From: an uncultured virus (IMG/VR IMGVR_UViG_3300031912_000001)
Lineage: Duplodnaviria; Heunggongvirae; Uroviricota; Caudoviricetes
DNA: 64,000 nt
Virus record (IMG/VR): IMGVR_UViG_3300031912_000001
Reading direction: 5' to 3' (one strand)
Part shown: positions 59,394 through 64,000 of the stretch, piece by piece
Layout: the number at the start of each line of letters is the position of its first letter
Position numbering within the stretch: position 1 is the first letter of the stretch
Translations under genes and position numbers: made by a program
The notes under the pieces: generated by a model
Databases searched by the model: none
The model's input: the letters and a program-made list of their open reading frames with translations, nothing else
What the model was told of the DNA's origin: nothing

Positions 59394-61112
59394 ATGAACA
59401 CAACCACCCACGAGCTCCACGAAGCCGAGAAGGCACGCCGCCGTCAACGCTTCGAACACCGCACCGGCGCCGTCCACCTGCGCGGCGGACGCAAACCCAA
59501 CACCCGGCACACCGCCGGCCGCCGTCCCTACCCGACACGCGGCTCCAAGGCCGCCCAAGCATGGCGAAATGAGGTGAGCTGGTGAGCGACCGCTCCGAGC
59601 GCCCTACTACGTGGACGAAACCCGCCCATCAACCAGCTACGGGCCGGCGCGCATCTACGTGATACGCCGGCTCCCGCATGTCCCCGGCGCCTACGCCGCA
59701 GCAAGCATCTACGCGTACCAGTGGAAGCCCACCGACGTGTGGCAGATCCATGACGTTGATGCCCGTATCTACGGCGCGTTCACCGAGGCCGAAGCCCGCG
59801 CCGAGCTTCAACGCGTCGCCACCGAACGTTTCGCACACAAGGAGGAAGAACAACCATGACATGGACCGCCGACTTCGCCGAGGTGCTCGAATTCGGGCAC
59901 GTGCTGGTCGACACCGGCGAGCTCGACACCGCCGACGAGACGCTCTACTACTTCGAAAAGCCCCACAAATGGCAGACCGTCCGCGACGCGTGGGAGGCCG
60001 CCGGCCGCCCGCGCGACTCCAGCGACACCGGCTGGGATGCGTTCCTACACGAGCTCGAAGAGCTGGCCGGCCTGTGACCAGCTACGAACCGGCGCCGCTG
60101 TTCGTCAGGCGCGAACGCCGCTTCTACACCGCCAAAATCAACAGCCACGGCGTGTGGAGCTATCAGATCGACGGCACAGCAGGGCCGAAATTCGAGCTGA
60201 CCGTGTTCTACGCCAGCCCATCCGGGCCGGCCGCGAGCCTGGGCCTATTCGACCACGTTCAGGACGCCGAACGGGCGGCCTACAAACATTGGAGGAAACT
60301 GCCATGACACGGATACCACGCGAGCCCGACGGCGCGGTCACCACCGCGATCCTGCTCGGACCCGACGGCAACTACTACATCGAACGCTGGGACGGCGAGC
60401 CGGCGCGCAACCGCTGGCAGCTCGTCTACCCGGACGGCAGCCGCCAGCGCACCAAAACCAAACGTGACGCCGAGCGGATCGCCCGCCTGCACGCCAGCGA
60501 TCGGGTCGCCTGGACCCGCGAAACCCAAGGCAGCGCGGCCGCGGCCGCGTTGCTGGCCGGCTACCCGGAGTACGGTGTGCAGCCCCATGACCGGGTCAGC
60601 CACCCCGACCACGGCGTGGGCACCGTGCAGCCGATCGGGTATCGCGGCTACCGCGCGATCGGCAAGCGCGGCCGCACCTACCCGACACCGCGGATGGTCA
60701 TCGTGCTGTTCGACGGCATGAAGATGGGCGCGATCGGGCTGCAGGTCCGCGCCTATGAGCTCACGCTGATGAGCCGGCCGCTGCCCCACGATCTACGGCT
60801 GCAGGAGATCGCCGCGAAAGTCCGCAAGGAGGCCGGCCAGTGACCGACATCGTCCGCATCCTGCGCTACGAGTACGACCGGCGTATGTGGTCCGGCGACA
60901 GGAAACGCTGCGACTATGCGGCGTACTGCCTGCGCTGTCACCGCGAGGTGAAAAGCAACGCCGGCCGCGTCGGCGTTGTCCAGAACTATGTGTGGGCCAG
61001 CAAGGCGCCGGCCGTCAAGGCCGCGCGTGAGCACCTGCAGATGCACCGCAACGTACGACCACAACTAAATAACCACCTCTCAAATCCCACGAGAAAAGGA
61101 ACCAACCCATGA
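59394..61112 (+). other. operon of hypothetical genes (59394..59585, 59611..59859, 59856..60077, 60074..60307, 60304..60843, 60840..61112)
   Basis: Coupled ORFs. Confidence 0.5.
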
Positions 61113-61450
61113 AATACGCTCGTATCGTCGCGCCCGCGGCCGCCGCCCTCGCGGTCCTCGCCGCCGCCGGCACCGCACACGCCGACATCACCGGCGACCA
61201 ACTGTTCGACACGGCGATGATCCACTTCGCCGTCCCCGGCGCGCCGGCGCACCTACGCGGCGACGCTCACCAGGCGTGCTCGCAGCTCGCCGCCGGCTAC
61301 AGCCTCAACGCGGTCGGCATGAACCTCTACGTCGCCGAGAGCCCCGCGTTCAGCGTCGCGGACACCGCGCACCTAGTGGTGGCCGCGATCTACTCCTACT
61401 GCCCCACCTACAAATACGAAATCGATGCGCTCCCCGGCGCAGTGAGCTGA
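61109..61450 (+). CDS. secreted DUF732-like protein
   Basis: Signal peptide ending AHA-D; C..L..G...AA...YCP. Confidence 0.75.
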   Translation: MKYARIVAPAAAALAVLAAAGTAHADITGDQLFDTAMIHFAVPGAPAHLRGDAHQACSQLAAGYSLNAVGMNLYVAESPAFSVADTAHLVVAAIYSYCPTYKYEIDALPGAVS

Positions 61451-61465
61451 AAGGAACCACACGTC

Positions 61466-61819
61466 ATGAAAAATCCACTACTAGGCGCCGCGCTGCTCGC
61501 GGGCGCCCTCGTGTTCGCACCGGCCGCGAACGCCGCGCCCACCAGCTCCGGCTATCCCGACGTCACCGGCTACATCGCCGCGCTGCAGGCCCAAGGCATC
61601 GCCATCACCGACACCGACGAGGAAGTGACGATCGGCAACGGTCTGTGCGTGCTGATGCGTAAGGGCATGACACCCTACGACGTCGCGTCCAGCGTCTCGG
61701 CCGAAACCAACGTCACGTTCACGTTCGCGTTCAAAATCGCGAGCGCCGCGCAGACCTATCTGTGCCCCGACGCGAAACCCTCCTCCGGTCCCGGCAACGC
61801 GCACGGGTACACATCATGA
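61466..61819 (+). CDS. secreted DUF732-like protein
   Basis: Signal peptide; YIAAL...GI...G..LC...G...AA...LCP. Confidence 0.75.
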   Translation: MKNPLLGAALLAGALVFAPAANAAPTSSGYPDVTGYIAALQAQGIAITDTDEEVTIGNGLCVLMRKGMTPYDVASSVSAETNVTFTFAFKIASAAQTYLCPDAKPSSGPGNAHGYTS

Positions 61820-62028
61820 GCGATTGTGATCACAACTGGCGGCTGACAGAAACCGGTTACGTCAGAACCTGGCACACCGAATTCGACGAACAGTCGCAAA
61901 CAATCATCGCCTACTACAGCGGCTCCGAGGACTTCAGCGATGAAGGCGCGGGCGATGACCATTTGCAGTGCAGCACTTGCCTTGAGGTCAAGCCGCTGCC
62001 CGAGGGATGGGAGATCGACTACCGATGA
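61816..62028 (+). CDS. small Cys-containing hypothetical protein
   Basis: ATGA overlaps at both ends. Confidence 0.5.
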   Translation: MSDCDHNWRLTETGYVRTWHTEFDEQSQTIIAYYSGSEDFSDEGAGDDHLQCSTCLEVKPLPEGWEIDYR

Positions 62029-62498
62029 TGACCCGCTTCGAACGGCTTGTGGTCATCGTGATCCTCGCCAACACCGCCATGCTGGCGGTAAGCCTGTTCG
62101 ACCATGACCACGAGAACTTCATCGAAGCCAGTCATGTTGGTTTCCTGACATTTTTCGGCGTCGAACTTGTCGTACGTCTCGGAGCCTGTGGTTGGAATCC
62201 GTGCCGTTTTCTCCGCGAATCATGGTGGAACGGATTCGACGCTGTTGTGATCGTACTGTCGCTACTGCCGGTTATCGGTGCGAATCTCACTATTTTGCGC
62301 GTCGCACGAGCGGCTCGGCTGCTGCATTTATTGCGTCACGTCGGGCATCTGAGATTAGCGACGGTGGTAGCTGTGCTGCGTCGCCGAGGAGCGACCTTAC
62401 CTTGCCCTGCCTGGCCGAACCCTGGCGTTTCCAATCCTACGATTACCAGCACCGCTGTGACATCTGTCACACCCGATTCCACTACAGCACCGCTGTGA
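62025..62498 (+). CDS. stand-alone voltage-sensor domain (S1-S4 of the ion-transport family, no pore)
   Basis: S1 IVILANT, S2 FFGVELVVRL, S3 WNGFDAVV, S4 LRVARAARLLHLLR. Confidence 0.8.
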   Translation: MMTRFERLVVIVILANTAMLAVSLFDHDHENFIEASHVGFLTFFGVELVVRLGACGWNPCRFLRESWWNGFDAVVIVLSLLPVIGANLTILRVARAARLLHLLRHVGHLRLATVVAVLRRRGATLPCPAWPNPGVSNPTITSTAVTSVTPDSTTAPL

Positions 62499-62510
62499 TA
62501 CTCTGGTCTC
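62447..62510 (+). promoter_or_regulatory. Ku promoter region with two operators and a CRP-consensus site
   Basis: CAGCACCGCTG at 62447 and 62485; TGTGA-CATCTG-TCACA at 62456; -10 TACTCT at 62499. Confidence 0.65.
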
Positions 62511-62529
62511 ACCCACGAGAAAGGCAATC

Positions 62530-63366
62530 ATGAGAAGCATCAAGAAAGGCCCGATCCGATTCGGCCTGGTCGGCGTCGGCGTACGCATGTACACCGCCAC
62601 CGAATCCCACGACATCGAATTCCACACCCACCACGCCGGCTGCCTGGGCGCGATCCGCCAGCTCCGCAAATGCGAAACCTGCGGCGAAATCGTGGAATAC
62701 CACGACATCGTCTCCGGGCGCGAAGTCAACGGCCGGCTGGTCACCGTCACCAAAGACGAGCAGACCGCGCTCGAAGAGGAAGCCGGCAGCGGATTCGAGG
62801 TGCTCGAATTCGTGCATCGCTCCGAGATTGATCCGATCATGTTCGAGGCGACGTACTACCTCGAACCTGAAGACCCGAAATCCAAGGCCAACGTCGAAGG
62901 GTACGCCCTGCTGCGCACCGTGCTGGCCGAGTCCGACCGGGTCGGCATCGTGGAGTTCACCTACCGGCAGCGCACCCGCACCGGCGTGCTGCGCGTGCTG
63001 GGCGACGACACGCTCGCGATCCACACCATGCGCTGGATCGATGAGGTGCGTCCCACCGACGAGCTCAAGGGTGTCCACGAGAAAGTGGAGCTCAACCCGA
63101 AATTCGTCAAGACGGCCCACGCGGTGCTGGAGTCCATGCTCGGCGAGTTCGAGCCCGAGCAGTACGTCGACACCTACCGCGATCGGCTCTCGGCGCTGCT
63201 CGACGCGAAGGCCGCCGACGCCCCTTACGTCGCGGCGCCCGCCGAGCAGGCCACCGAGGATGTGTCTGATCTGCTGGCCGCGCTCGAAGCGTCAATCAAG
63301 CGTCACCCGGCCGGCAAGAAGCGCGCCCGCAAGGCGCCGGCGAAGAAGAAAGTAGGTGCGGCATGA
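62530..63366 (+). CDS. ku: Ku DNA end-binding protein
   Basis: IRFGLV..V.MYTATE, EIDPIMF..TYYL.P, YALL..VL, F.PEQY.DTY, DLLAALEAS and a basic tail. Confidence 0.92.
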   Translation: MRSIKKGPIRFGLVGVGVRMYTATESHDIEFHTHHAGCLGAIRQLRKCETCGEIVEYHDIVSGREVNGRLVTVTKDEQTALEEEAGSGFEVLEFVHRSEIDPIMFEATYYLEPEDPKSKANVEGYALLRTVLAESDRVGIVEFTYRQRTRTGVLRVLGDDTLAIHTMRWIDEVRPTDELKGVHEKVELNPKFVKTAHAVLESMLGEFEPEQYVDTYRDRLSALLDAKAADAPYVAAPAEQATEDVSDLLAALEASIKRHPAGKKRARKAPAKKKVGAA

Positions 63367-64000
63367 GCATGGTTGGAACGTCCGTGCAGACCCCGGACGG
63401 TGTCGGCACGGTCATCGACCACGACTGGTGCGACGGCGACACCGGCGTGGGCATCAAGCAGTCCTGGGTCTATGACTGCGTGACGGTCCGCTTCCCCGAC
63501 GGCTCCGAGGACGTCTACGACGTCGAAGACGTCAGTGAAGTGCCCGAAATCCCGATGGCCGAACTGGTCACCGACCTGATCGTGAAACTGGACGCCGCTG
63601 GGCTGCTCGCCGAGCTGGAAGCCGTCGTCGAGCGTGCCCACAGCGCGAGGCAGCGCCGTGGCTAAGGTCAAGGCCGGCGAACTGAAGCTCGGCGACTGGA
63701 TCGCCGGATACGGGATGGTCACCCGGATCACCAAAGGCAAGGACGCCGACTGGCTTGAGATCCGGCTGCTCGGCGCCCGCGTCAAAACGATCGCGCGGCG
63801 CATCGACACTGACGTTGAAGTCGGCGCCGACACGGTGGTCGTTGAGGTGATGCCAGCGTACCTGCGCGAGTCGCACCGCCAGGCCCGCAACTGGGGCGCC
63901 TACCCACACAACGGGGCGCGCCGCTACCTCGCCGAGCGCCTGTGGGCCGAGGAGCTCACCGTCGCCGCCGAGTACGACCACATCGTGCGCGACGCCACCG
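63363..64000 (+). other. hypothetical genes 63363..63665 and 63658..>64000
   Basis: ATGA overlap with ku; the second ORF stays open to the window end. Confidence 0.45.

Overview
The whole window looks like a high-GC siphovirus of an actinobacterial host, probably Mycobacterium (DUF732-like and DUF2744-like genes, Ku, an actinobacterial LexA box). I see no host genes, integrase, lysin, rRNA, tRNA or CRISPR array. From about 51 kb to base 1 the minus strand carries one long gene run: small accessory genes, three glycosyltransferases and two methyltransferases, small and large terminase (class 3 intein), HK97-type portal (intein), protease, major capsid, head-tail genes, major tail, frameshifted tail chaperones, a 3089-aa tape measure and minor tail/fibre genes. 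Three HNH genes interrupt this run. 51.1-52.6 kb is a non-coding, repeat-rich region that may hold the genome ends. 52.6-64 kb is an early/accessory region whose promoters carry a shared palindromic operator, CAGCACCGCTG. The most notable observations are: (1) a pore-less voltage-sensor-domain gene with His at an S4 gating position; (2) a ~970-bp inversion bounded by a 6-bp inverted repeat that splits two genes, both restored in frame when flipped; (3) a fixed-spacing late-promoter motif CCACGG-N12-(-10); (4) the operator regulon plus LexA- and CRP-like sites; (5) a GG-delimited cassette string in the tape measure, including an apparently circularly permuted peptidase; (6) an Acb2/Tad1-like anti-defence candidate. 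All family assignments are by motif recognition; no database search was run.
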